From: Longimicrobiales bacterium
GTDB taxonomy: Bacteria; Gemmatimonadota; Gemmatimonadetes; Longimicrobiales; Gaopeijiaceae
Direction: 5' to 3'
Assembly: GCA_041690395.1 (NCBI GenBank)
Contig: JAWLHJ010000001.1
Coordinates: 224,001-288,000 of the forward strand
Length of the DNA: 64,000 bases
Each line of letters begins with the position of its first letter. The first letter of the stretch is position 1. Below are positions 9,653-17,875 of the stretch, one piece after another. The position numbers and the translations under genes are program-made. Under the pieces are notes generated by a model. That model had not been told where the DNA came from. It saw only the letters and a list, made by a program, of their open reading frames with translations, and did not search any database.

Positions 9653-9812
9653 CTGCGCTCACCTCCTTTATGGTGGTGTCGGTCTCCGAAATACCCGCTG
9701 TGGAGTACCGCATGCGCTTCGCTCTACCGCTCGCCTTCGCTCTTAGGCGGACCGAGGGGGTTCGTTTCTCTCCGTGGCTTGAGTCACATGCTGGGGCGAA
9801 TCACGCCCCGGA

Positions 9813-10538
9813 CTAGAACTGTCCACGGACCCAGCGGTCCGTGGCTTGTAGCGTGGCCATGATCGCGGCGCGATCGGGTGAACCGGTCACCGGGGTCGCG
9901 CCCGATAGGGCAGTGATATGTCTTCCGTTGATCGCATGGACGGCGACGAGCACGAACGTGCGGTCAAAGGCGTCAACGAGCTTCGTCCCGTCAAGCGCGA
10001 GCGTGATGCTCCGGCGCTCGTCCTCGACGCGCGACCGCGCGGCGAGCTCGAGGGCCTGGAGGGTCGCGGCGCTCACGGCTTCGAGCTTGGCCTTGGGCAC
10101 GTCGGCTCCGACAGCCTCGCCGGTGAACAATTCGTCGTTCCACTCGATGTCCACTTTGTGCCGGATCTGGTTCGCGCGTTCCGACTCGATGCGGTGGGCG
10201 ACGAAGAGCAGGCGACCCTCGGGCTGGGCAGCCTCGGAGTGCTGGGCGATGTGAAGCGGCTCATCTTCGACCGGAACCACGGCCGGCCGGCGGTCGGTCT
10301 GCGCGACCGAGATCTTCCGATGATCGACCGACAGATCGAAGTACGACAGGAGCGCCGATTCCACGTTGCGCACGGTCTGCTTCGGCTTGATGTCGTCCGT
10401 GGTCAACAGATGGATCTCGTCGATGGCCCCGCCTGGCCGCGCCACGACACGCGCGGAGAGGACGCCGTTGAGCGACATGAGCAGGCGCTCGGCGTCCTGG
10501 ATCGTCCAACGGCCGCGTTCTTCGGGGCGAACGGTCAC
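9813..10538 (-). CDS. uncharacterised protein; C-terminal half resembles the LeuA allosteric domain
   Basis: GGAGAG SD, GTG start; GVLSARVV...EIHLL...KQTVRNVESALL...DHRKISVAQ motif; host-like codon usage. Confidence 0.8.
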   Translation of the reverse strand: MTVRPEERGRWTIQDAERLLMSLNGVLSARVVARPGGAIDEIHLLTTDDIKPKQTVRNVESALLSYFDLSVDHRKISVAQTDRRPAVVPVEDEPLHIAQHSEAAQPEGRLLFVAHRIESERANQIRHKVDIEWNDELFTGEAVGADVPKAKLEAVSAATLQALELAARSRVEDERRSITLALDGTKLVDAFDRTFVLVAVHAINGRHITALSGATPVTGSPDRAAIMATLQATDRWVRGQF

Positions 10539-10656
10539 ACACTCTCCAGAGGAGCCCGGGGGCCCCGAACGAATCCACTCCGTAGACGCTCGAGATCGGG
10601 GTGGACGGCGATGGGGAAGGAAATCGCAACTTCAGATGTTTACGCGGAACGCGATA

Positions 10657-10685
10657 CAAATACGCGTGGGCTTCGGGGAAGTCAA
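10657..10685 (-). promoter_or_regulatory. putative sigma70 promoter for 9813-10538
   Basis: TTGACT-N17-TATTTG on the minus strand in an AT-richer intergenic stretch. Confidence 0.45.
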
Positions 10686-10917
10686 GATTCACGCGGGTAA
10701 ACGAATATGTCGATCCCGTCACAGGGTGGGTTCGTCCGACCCGAGCCTGTTCGTTTATGCAAAAACCGGATGGGCCGTTCGCTGCCTATCCGCCGGCCCG
10801 GGCGGTTCAGAGATCCAGGTGTCCCGGGGGGCACTCGCGTCCCGATCCGCCATCCCCCCGTCCCGAGCCCGCCGCCACCATTCACCATGTTCAAAGCTAA
10901 ATCACGGAGTTGCTCCG

Positions 10918-11523
10918 ATGCACGAACTTCCTTCCGGGCTCCCCCCGGGAGTCGTCCCATCTCCCGGCGCCCTGCTCGACGAGCACGGACGTCCCGACTT
11001 CCGCGATGTCTTCGGCGCGCTGGCCGCGTCGTCCGACACCATCGCGACCGCCGTGACGCGCGTCCGGCTGACGACAGTGGACCTCGGTGCGCGGGAGCTC
11101 TCCGGCGTCCGGTCCTTTCGGGTCCTCGTCGCAGAGCTGAGCGCGCTCCGCCTCGACGGCGAAGCGCGGGTGATGCGGGCCGAGCCGCGGCGTATCGCAA
11201 ACGTGTCGTTGCTGCTCGACATGATGGAGTCGGGTCGGCTCGACGTGCGGTCCGCCCCACTCGGGGGCTGGTCTCCGGACTTCACGGTGTTCGCGTCAGC
11301 CGGCACGCCGCGAGCGGTGCTGTCGGGCTTCCACTGGTTCGAGCGGCCGTATCCGCACCGGGGCCCGGCGCTGGCGTCCGTCCACGGGGGTGACGGAGCC
11401 CGAGCGGCGCTCCGGCGTTTCGACGAGTTGTGGGAGGTCGCCCACGACGTCGGCCCGGCGGTATGGAGCATTCTGGCGCGAGCCGTCGACCGTGCGGCGT
11501 CGGGGCTCGAGCAGGTCGGGTGA
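10918..11523 (+). CDS. hypothetical protein, possible degenerate phospholipase-D-like fold
   Basis: ATG at 10918 after GGAG; ends RRFDELWE as in PLD-like domains but lacks HxK. Confidence 0.6.
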   Translation: MHELPSGLPPGVVPSPGALLDEHGRPDFRDVFGALAASSDTIATAVTRVRLTTVDLGARELSGVRSFRVLVAELSALRLDGEARVMRAEPRRIANVSLLLDMMESGRLDVRSAPLGGWSPDFTVFASAGTPRAVLSGFHWFERPYPHRGPALASVHGGDGARAALRRFDELWEVAHDVGPAVWSILARAVDRAASGLEQVG

Positions 11524-11534
11524 TCGGCGTCTCG

Positions 11535-11565
11535 TTGACACCCCCCTCCCGGCTCCCTTTATTTG
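11535..11565 (+). promoter_or_regulatory. putative sigma70 promoter of tRNA-Asn
   Basis: Perfect TTGACA at 11535-11540 and TTTATTTG at 11558-11565. Confidence 0.55.
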
Positions 11566-11594
11566 GTGCTCTGCGGACCGGCCGTCCGCACCGA

Positions 11595-11667
11595 TCCGGC
11601 GTAGCTCAGTTGGTAGAGCAGCTGACTGTTAATCAGCGGGTCACAGGTTCGAGTCCTGTCGCCGGAG
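11595..11667 (+). tRNA. tRNA-Asn(GTT), CCA not encoded
   Basis: TCCGGCG/CGCCGGA acceptor stem, TAGCTCAGTTGGTAGAGC D arm, GCTGA-CTGTTAA-TCAGC anticodon arm, GTTCGAGTC T loop. Confidence 0.97.
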
Positions 11668-11680
11668 TCCCGACACACCG

Positions 11681-11714
11681 AAGCCCCCGTCCGCGATTCG
11701 CCGGGCGGGGGCTT
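11681..11714. terminator. GC hairpin, probable bidirectional terminator
   Basis: AAGCCCCCGTCCG...CGGGCGGGGGCTT between the tRNA and a convergent CDS. Confidence 0.65.
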
Positions 11715-11773
11715 CGTGCTGGCTCGGGGGCGGGCCTGGCCGGACACCCTCTCCCGCCCGGTGGAGCCGCCCC

Positions 11774-12505
11774 CTACAGCCGCGCGGCGATCCACATGGT
11801 GCGGTACACCGCGGTCGCGACGGTACCGACGGCGACCAGCGCTACCAGCCCGAGCAGCAGCGTTCCCTGCGCCCAGCCGAGCGCGGCCGTCAAGGACGGG
11901 TCGAGGATTCCCCCGAACCCGACGAGCAGGAGCCGCTCCGCCCGCTGCATGACCCCCACCTTGCAAACGATGCCCACGCTCTCCCCCCTCGCCCGCGCGT
12001 AGCTCACGAGCAGCGAGCCTCCCAGCGCCGCACCGACCACCGACACCGCCCCGGCATCGCCTCGGAACAGGACGAGAAGCCCGACGAGGGCGCCCACCTC
12101 GGCGAACCGGTCGAGGGTGGAGTCGAGAAACGCGCCCCGGTCGTCGGCCATGCCGCGAGCCCGAGCGATGCGGCCGTCGAGCACGTCCATGGCACCGCCG
12201 AGCAGGACCGCCCATCCTGCGGGGTTCGGCCTGCCCAGCGCGAACAACACCCCGGCGAGCACGCCGAACCCGACGCCCAGGAGGTTGAACGCGGTGGGCG
12301 AGAGGCGGAGCGCCAGCGCGGCCCGCTCGACCGGGCCGACGAACCAGTAGAACCAGCTCCGCACGAACCCGCCGAGCACGAAGCTCCCGCGGTCCGAGAT
12401 CTCGTGGGGGTCGCGGCCGCGACGGGCGGCGCCGAGGGCGTAGAGCGGCATGCTGATCAGCGCGAAGCCCACCAGGCCGAGGAGCACGAGGAGGTCGGTG
12501 CGCAT
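11774..12505 (-). CDS. CDP-alcohol phosphatidyltransferase family protein
   Basis: DVLDGRIARARG...GAFLDSTLDR signature; SYARARGES; multi-TM. Confidence 0.93.
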   Translation of the reverse strand: MRTDLLVLLGLVGFALISMPLYALGAARRGRDPHEISDRGSFVLGGFVRSWFYWFVGPVERAALALRLSPTAFNLLGVGFGVLAGVLFALGRPNPAGWAVLLGGAMDVLDGRIARARGMADDRGAFLDSTLDRFAEVGALVGLLVLFRGDAGAVSVVGAALGGSLLVSYARARGESVGIVCKVGVMQRAERLLLVGFGGILDPSLTAALGWAQGTLLLGLVALVAVGTVATAVYRTMWIAARL

Positions 12506-13492
12506 CTAGCGTTCATCCTCGCCGTCGGGTCGCGTCAGCAACACGCGCACGGCGCGCGGCCAGAGGAAGATGAGGGGGAGCTTCCGCTCGAGCGTGGTCA
12601 GGTGGATCTCGCGGCCGGTATGGCGCTCCACCTTGCGCACCACGTAGGGCAGCCAGTTCGCGAACGTGAGGGTGTGCTTCAGCCACCGCGCCGTCGCGCG
12701 GGCCTTCGAGATGCGGAAATGCCAGCGCCACCGTCGTCCGTCGCCCGCCGAGGGCGCCTCGACGAAGTGATAGCCATCGAGCCGCGACTCGAGCACGTGA
12801 CCGGCCACGGCTCGCTCCAGCACGGGCCTGAACACCCGGCGGAAATGGTCCGCCTGCGCCCGGAAGATCTGGTCCGCGCGACTGGTCGACTCTGGGCGGA
12901 GCTCGCCCTGGTAGCACACCTCGAGCAGCCGCCGTCCGAGCTCCTCAGCGTCGAACGGGTCGTCGAGGTAGGGGGCCATCCAGTCGAGGACGTGGTCGTA
13001 CGCACTGCGGAGCTGGGCGCCCACCCAGGCCGCGCTCCCCCCGTCCCGCGACCACACCAGGCCCACCTTCTGGACCATGCGGCCCAGCAGAAAGTGGTCC
13101 TTCGGGTCCGGTCCGAGCGCGCGCTCGAAGTGTTCGGTGCTCACCACGAGGCACTTCGCGATGAACGAGCGGCCGCCGTCCGGCGCGAACGCGATCACGT
13201 TCGGGGGGAGCACCTGGGCGAGGGCGGTCATGAGCCAGGTGGGCCGCGGGAGCTCGCCGGCCGACTGGAGCCCGTGGTAGAACGTCCGGTAGTCGTCGAC
13301 GAGCACGACGAGGTCGATGGCGCTGTGACGGTCCGGTGCGTCCGTGCTCGGACGGAGCAGATGCGAGCCGTACAGGAGAACCGCCCGCACCGAGCCGGCC
13401 CCGGCGTCCACCAACCGGGCCGTGAGATCGTTCGCGGGCATGTCGCCCCCCTGCTCCTGGCGCTCCACGTCGTTCCGCACGGGCTGACTCAC
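12506..13492 (-). CDS. Tam41/Mmp37-like phosphatidate cytidylyltransferase
   Basis: VLLYGS, IDLVVLV, KCLVVS, FLLGRMVQK, CYQGELRPE parallel Tam41 motifs; GTG start overlapping the upstream TGA (alternative ATG 13441). Confidence 0.7.
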   Translation of the reverse strand: MSQPVRNDVERQEQGGDMPANDLTARLVDAGAGSVRAVLLYGSHLLRPSTDAPDRHSAIDLVVLVDDYRTFYHGLQSAGELPRPTWLMTALAQVLPPNVIAFAPDGGRSFIAKCLVVSTEHFERALGPDPKDHFLLGRMVQKVGLVWSRDGGSAAWVGAQLRSAYDHVLDWMAPYLDDPFDAEELGRRLLEVCYQGELRPESTSRADQIFRAQADHFRRVFRPVLERAVAGHVLESRLDGYHFVEAPSAGDGRRWRWHFRISKARATARWLKHTLTFANWLPYVVRKVERHTGREIHLTTLERKLPLIFLWPRAVRVLLTRPDGEDER

Positions 13493-14262
13493 GCTGCCTG
13501 GGACTCGGAGCGCAGTTGCTCGAGCTCGGATTCCATGAGCCGCCGCACCTCGGCGATGAACGGCTCGGGATCGGCCCTGGGGTCGTCCCACTCGAGCACC
13601 CCGGCCAGGGCGAAGCTGCCGCGGATCCCCGAGATCCCCTTCAGGAAGTCCGCGAAGCGCGGGTGCTTCCAGAAGCCGTCACCCACGAGCACGTAGACCT
13701 TCCAGGGTCGGGCGCGAAGGAGCAGGGCCAGCCCCTTCGTGCGGAAACGGCCCAGCGAGCCGTCGCGGGAGCGCGACCCCTCGGGAAAAATCGCCACGGG
13801 TAGCTCGGCGTTGCGGGCCATGTCCCGAAGCTCCCGGTAGGTCTGCCTCATGGTCGCGGGGTTTGCAGAGGGGTCCACCAACGGGTATTGATAGAGCCTC
13901 GTCATCTGCGAGATTAGCGGGATCCAGCGGCCATAGCGCTTGCGGGTCACGATGCGCGGGTAACCACCGTCGACCGCCTGCACGACGAGAGGGATGTCGA
14001 ACAGGGACTGGTGGTTCATGACGATGAGCACGCCCGGCTCCGCGGGGACCACGCGCCCGGGCACCGGGATGTGTGCGGCTCCGACGCGAACGAACGGTCG
14101 CGTGACGAGCCGGGCCATGAAGTTGATCCACGCGGTCAGAACCGGAACGCGCCGGGACGGGCGGAGCTTCACCCACGGCGTGATCACGAAGCGCTGAACG
14201 ATATCGGAGAGGAGCAGCCCGAGGCAGACGATCGCCAGAGCCACGTATCCTCGGAGCTTCAC
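13489..14262 (-). CDS. 1-acyl-sn-glycerol-3-phosphate acyltransferase (PlsC family)
   Basis: NHQSLFD (HX4D) and FPEGSRS motifs. Confidence 0.9.
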   Translation of the reverse strand: MKLRGYVALAIVCLGLLLSDIVQRFVITPWVKLRPSRRVPVLTAWINFMARLVTRPFVRVGAAHIPVPGRVVPAEPGVLIVMNHQSLFDIPLVVQAVDGGYPRIVTRKRYGRWIPLISQMTRLYQYPLVDPSANPATMRQTYRELRDMARNAELPVAIFPEGSRSRDGSLGRFRTKGLALLLRARPWKVYVLVGDGFWKHPRFADFLKGISGIRGSFALAGVLEWDDPRADPEPFIAEVRRLMESELEQLRSESQAA

Positions 14263-14369
14263 CGGGAACGCCTCCCGCGGACCGGGGTGTCGACGGGGAG
14301 CCGTCGAGTGGAGAGTGAACGGCCCAACGCTAACCGGTGTCGGCGACCATCATCAAGACGAAGAGAGAC

Positions 14370-15041
14370 ATGAGCGAGATCCAGTATACGTACTACGGGT
14401 TCGACAACTGTGTCGGCGCCTACTTCGAGATGCCCACGTCGGAAGCGCGGAAAGTGCTCCCGCCCCACCTGGAGCCGCTCGAAAAGCAGCACGAGCGCAG
14501 CATCTTCGCCATCACGGCGTTCCGGTTCACCGAGAGCGAGGTGGGCGAGTACGACGAGGTCGTGCTGGCCGTCATCGTGCCGCCGCTCGTCGAGCCGGGG
14601 AAGCCGCTGCCGAAGGCCGCCATGTATCCGTTCATGGTCGCGACGTCGACCGAGGCCTCGCGTGAGCACGCCATAGCGAAGTGGCACCTGCCGCACATCA
14701 TGAAGGACATGGACATCCGCTTCGAGGAGTCCGACGGCACCATGACGGTGAACGTCCTGGACGGCGACGACCCCGTGCTGGACCTCGTGGTCACCCAGTT
14801 CGAGGCGGCTCCGGCCAAGAACCTCTACAACGTGTTCACCGTGGGTCCGGACGATAAGTACAAGGTGAACATCTATATGGAGGCCCCGCACTCCGAGCAC
14901 GAGGAAGAGCGCGGCGAGATCACCCTGTACGACCATCCGTTCCTGGGCGGGCTCGACCCGAACGAGATCGAGACCTTCCCGTTCCGGGAGGAGTGGTACA
15001 GGAAGGGTCTGCAGACCTTCGAAGAGCTGGAGTCGATCTGA
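14370..15041 (+). CDS. acetoacetate decarboxylase-like family protein
   Basis: ARKVLPPHLEP, ESEVGEYDEVVLAV, AIAKWHLP. Confidence 0.7.
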   Translation: MSEIQYTYYGFDNCVGAYFEMPTSEARKVLPPHLEPLEKQHERSIFAITAFRFTESEVGEYDEVVLAVIVPPLVEPGKPLPKAAMYPFMVATSTEASREHAIAKWHLPHIMKDMDIRFEESDGTMTVNVLDGDDPVLDLVVTQFEAAPAKNLYNVFTVGPDDKYKVNIYMEAPHSEHEEERGEITLYDHPFLGGLDPNEIETFPFREEWYRKGLQTFEELESI

Positions 15042-16018
15042 CGGCGGCGGGCCGCCACTTCGCGATCTTCAACCCCGCCTCGGGGAGGGGGCGGGGCCGC
15101 CGCCGGATCGCCACGTACCGACGCCTCCTCGAGGATGCCGTCCCGGACATCACCTTCGCGGAGACGACCCGCCCCGGCGAAGAGCGCGATCTCGCCGAGC
15201 GGGCGGCGGCCGAAGGGTACGACGTGGTGGTGGCGGTCGGCGGGGACGGGACCTGGAGCAACGTAGCGGACCGGCTCGTGGCGAGCGGACGGCGTGATGT
15301 TTCGCTTGGGTTGCTGCCGAACGGGACCGGGAACGACTTCGGACGGAACCTGGGGTTCCGGCCGGACGGCGCGGCCGAGGCGGTCGCCGTCCTCGCCCGC
15401 GGTGAGAGGCGACTGGTGGACGTGGGGCGGCTCGAGACTCCGAGCGCGCCCGAGCACCATCCCGACCGATACGAGGCGCGCCACTTCCTGAACCTGGTCG
15501 GGTTCGGGTTCGACATCGCGGTGATCGACGCGGCGGCTCGCGCGCGGTTCCTCAAGGGTGAGCTCCTCTACAAGGTGAGCGCGCTCGGCCAGCTCTTCCG
15601 CTTTCCGGGTGCTGAGATCGACCTCCGGGCCGCCGACGGGCGCGAACGCGACGGTCGCTATCTCATGCTGACCATCTCGAACGGGTGCTACTTCGGCGGC
15701 GGCTTCCCCATCGCGCCCGGTGCATCGGTCGACGACGGGCTACTGCACGCGTGCCGGATCCTCGACGCGAAGCCGCTCCAGCGGCTCGGGCTCTTCAACG
15801 CGGCCGAGAAGGGTCGGCACGTGGCCTCGGACCGCGTCGAGGTGCTCGACGACCGCGCCTTCACCGTGACGTTCTCCGCGCCACCGCGCTTCGAGATGGA
15901 CGGCGAGGTGCGTGTCGCGGCCGAGCGCACGCTCGAAGTGCGGGTCCTTCCGGCGGCGCTGTCGGTCATCGCCGCAGCGGGCCCCAAGCCCGGCGGAGCG
16001 GCGGCGCCAGCGGCCTGA
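15038..16018 (+). CDS. diacylglycerol/lipid kinase (YegS/DgkB family); start CTG 15038 or GTG 14993
   Basis: FNPASG, VGGDGT, LPNGTGNDF, NGCYFGGG, DDGLL, EMDGE. Confidence 0.92.
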   Translation: MTAAGRHFAIFNPASGRGRGRRRIATYRRLLEDAVPDITFAETTRPGEERDLAERAAAEGYDVVVAVGGDGTWSNVADRLVASGRRDVSLGLLPNGTGNDFGRNLGFRPDGAAEAVAVLARGERRLVDVGRLETPSAPEHHPDRYEARHFLNLVGFGFDIAVIDAAARARFLKGELLYKVSALGQLFRFPGAEIDLRAADGRERDGRYLMLTISNGCYFGGGFPIAPGASVDDGLLHACRILDAKPLQRLGLFNAAEKGRHVASDRVEVLDDRAFTVTFSAPPRFEMDGEVRVAAERTLEVRVLPAALSVIAAAGPKPGGAAAPAA

Positions 16019-16033
16019 CGCTTCCCGCCCGAT

Positions 16034-16060
16034 GCGCTTTGTCACACAAAGTGCTTGACG
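16034..16060 (+). promoter_or_regulatory. inverted-repeat operator abutting a TTGACG -35 element
   Basis: GCGCTTTGT-CAC-ACAAAGTGC (16034-16054) directly followed by TTGACG. Confidence 0.6.
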
Positions 16061-16091
16061 GCGCCGTACGACATCTCGATTCTGACACACC

Positions 16092-16709
16092 ATGAATCTC
16101 CCCGCCCGCAAGCTCAGACGGACCCAGAAGCCGCCACTCGCGCTGCACGACCGCGCGATGGACGACCTGCGCTACATCCGTGAGACGATGGAGCGGTCTG
16201 GGTCGTTCACGCACGTGTCGGGCCTGGGCGTCATGGCCATGGGAGTGATCGCGCTCGCCGCGGCTGCTCTCGCCTGGGGCGCCACGGATCTGTGGGCCTG
16301 GCTCGGGGCCTGGCTGGGCGCGGCGGGGCTTTCCTTCGCGGCCGCGAGCTCCCTGATGGCACGAAAGGCGAGAGCCGAGGGAATCCCCCTCCTGACCGGT
16401 CCGGGCCGGAAGTTCGCGTGGAACGTGGTGCCGCCGCTGGTCGTCGGCGCGGTATTGACGGTCGCGTGCCTGGCGGCGGGCACGACGAGCCTGCTCCCCG
16501 GGAGCTGGCTCATGCTGTACGGCGCGGCCGTGGTCGCGGCAGGCTCGCACTCGGTGCGCCCGGTCCCGCTCATGGGCGTCCTGTTCATGGCCGTGGGGGC
16601 GGCCGCCCTTCTGGCGCCCGCGCGTTGGGGCGACGCCTTCATGGCGGCCGGGTTCGGCGGGCTTCACCTCGCATTCGGCCTCGTGATCTGGAGACGTCAT
16701 GGCGGTTGA
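16092..16709 (+). CDS. multi-TM membrane protein
   Basis: DDLRYIRETMERSGSFT N-terminus, about 6 hydrophobic helices, FGGLHLAFG. Confidence 0.85.
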   Translation: MNLPARKLRRTQKPPLALHDRAMDDLRYIRETMERSGSFTHVSGLGVMAMGVIALAAAALAWGATDLWAWLGAWLGAAGLSFAAASSLMARKARAEGIPLLTGPGRKFAWNVVPPLVVGAVLTVACLAAGTTSLLPGSWLMLYGAAVVAAGSHSVRPVPLMGVLFMAVGAAALLAPARWGDAFMAAGFGGLHLAFGLVIWRRHGG

Positions 16710-17106
16710 GCGTGGCGTCGCCGCTGCACGTAGCGCGCGAGAAGGCGGCGCGAGTCCGTCCGCACTCTCGCCGGTCGAGGGATATCCGGAAGGCGGAGCC
16801 CTGGAACTGGACCGGGTCATCCACGAACGTGTCCGGCTCGGCATCGTCAGCGCCCTCGCGGTGAACGGGTCTCTCACGTTCACCGACCTCAGGGCACTCC
16901 TCGGCACAACCGACGGGAACCTGAGCGCGCATGCCCGTCGTCTCGAAGACGCCGGGTACGTGCTTTGCAAGAAGACGTTCGACGGCCGCACGCCCCGGAC
17001 GGAGTACCGGCTCACCGCGGTGGGCCGGCGGGAGCTCGAGGCGTATCTGGACCATATGGAGGCGATCATACACGCGACGCGCGAACAACCGGAGGGGTCG
17101 GAGTGA
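16699..17106 (+). CDS. winged-helix transcriptional regulator (MarR/ArsR-like)
   Basis: [17 protein letters not shown]...[28 protein letters not shown]...PRTEYRLT. Confidence 0.9.
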   Translation: MAVERGVAAARSAREGGASPSALSPVEGYPEGGALELDRVIHERVRLGIVSALAVNGSLTFTDLRALLGTTDGNLSAHARRLEDAGYVLCKKTFDGRTPRTEYRLTAVGRRELEAYLDHMEAIIHATREQPEGSE

Positions 17107-17146
17107 CGGACGGGATCGGCGTGACCGACGCCCGGGGACGGGTGGC

Positions 17147-17875
17147 ATGAGGGACACACAGTCACGCAACGGGAGCGGCCCCGGGCTGCACGTCGGGATC
17201 ATCATGGACGGCAACGGTCGGTGGGCCAATGCCCGCAACCGGCCGCGTGAGTGGGGCCACCGGCACGGCGCCAAGGCGGTACGCCGCGTGGTCGAGGCGG
17301 CGCCCGACCTGGGCGTGCGCACCCTGACGCTGTACGCGTTCTCATCGGACAACTGGAAGCGGCCGGCGCGTGAAGTCGGGCTCCTGATGAAGCTGTTGGC
17401 GCGTTATCTGCGCACCGAGACGGAGGAGCTCGCGGAGAACGGCGTCGAGCTGCGTGTCGTGGGCCGGCGCGACCGCCTCGAGGCGCCGCTGGTGTGCGCC
17501 ATCGAACAGGCCGAGGCCGTGACCCGGGGGAACCGGCGGATGAGACTTCGGCTCGCCGTCGATTACTCCGCGCGCGACCTCATCACCGCCGCCGTGGCGG
17601 AGGGCGTGAAGCGTGGGGGCGTCGAGCGCGAAGACATGGCCGCGCTGCTCGGGCGTGCCATGAACGACACGGGTCCGGCCGAGGATGTGGACCTGCTCAT
17701 CCGCACGGGCGGCGAGCAGCGGCTGAGCGACTTCCTGCTGTGGGAGTGCGCCTACGCGGAGCTGCTCTTCACGCCACGCATGTGGCCGGACTTCGACGCG
17801 GACGATCTCTCGCGCGCGCTCGAGGACTACCGCGGACGCGACCGGCGCTTCGGCAAGGTGGCCGTCGCGGTCTGA
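17147..17875 (+). CDS. uppS: cis-prenyltransferase (UppS family)
   Basis: [54 protein letters not shown]. Confidence 0.93.
   Translation: MRDTQSRNGSGPGLHVGIIMDGNGRWANARNRPREWGHRHGAKAVRRVVEAAPDLGVRTLTLYAFSSDNWKRPAREVGLLMKLLARYLRTETEELAENGVELRVVGRRDRLEAPLVCAIEQAEAVTRGNRRMRLRLAVDYSARDLITAAVAEGVKRGGVEREDMAALLGRAMNDTGPAEDVDLLIRTGGEQRLSDFLLWECAYAELLFTPRMWPDFDADDLSRALEDYRGRDRRFGKVAVAV

Noticed and set aside
11595..11667. tRNA-Asn as an integration site for the lower-GC segment
   Set aside because: No integrase and no duplicated tRNA 3' end seen; the segment lies upstream of the tRNA.
16040..16068. TGTCACA as a second ECF41 promoter
   Set aside because: No CGTC at 16-nt spacing; better explained as part of the palindromic operator.
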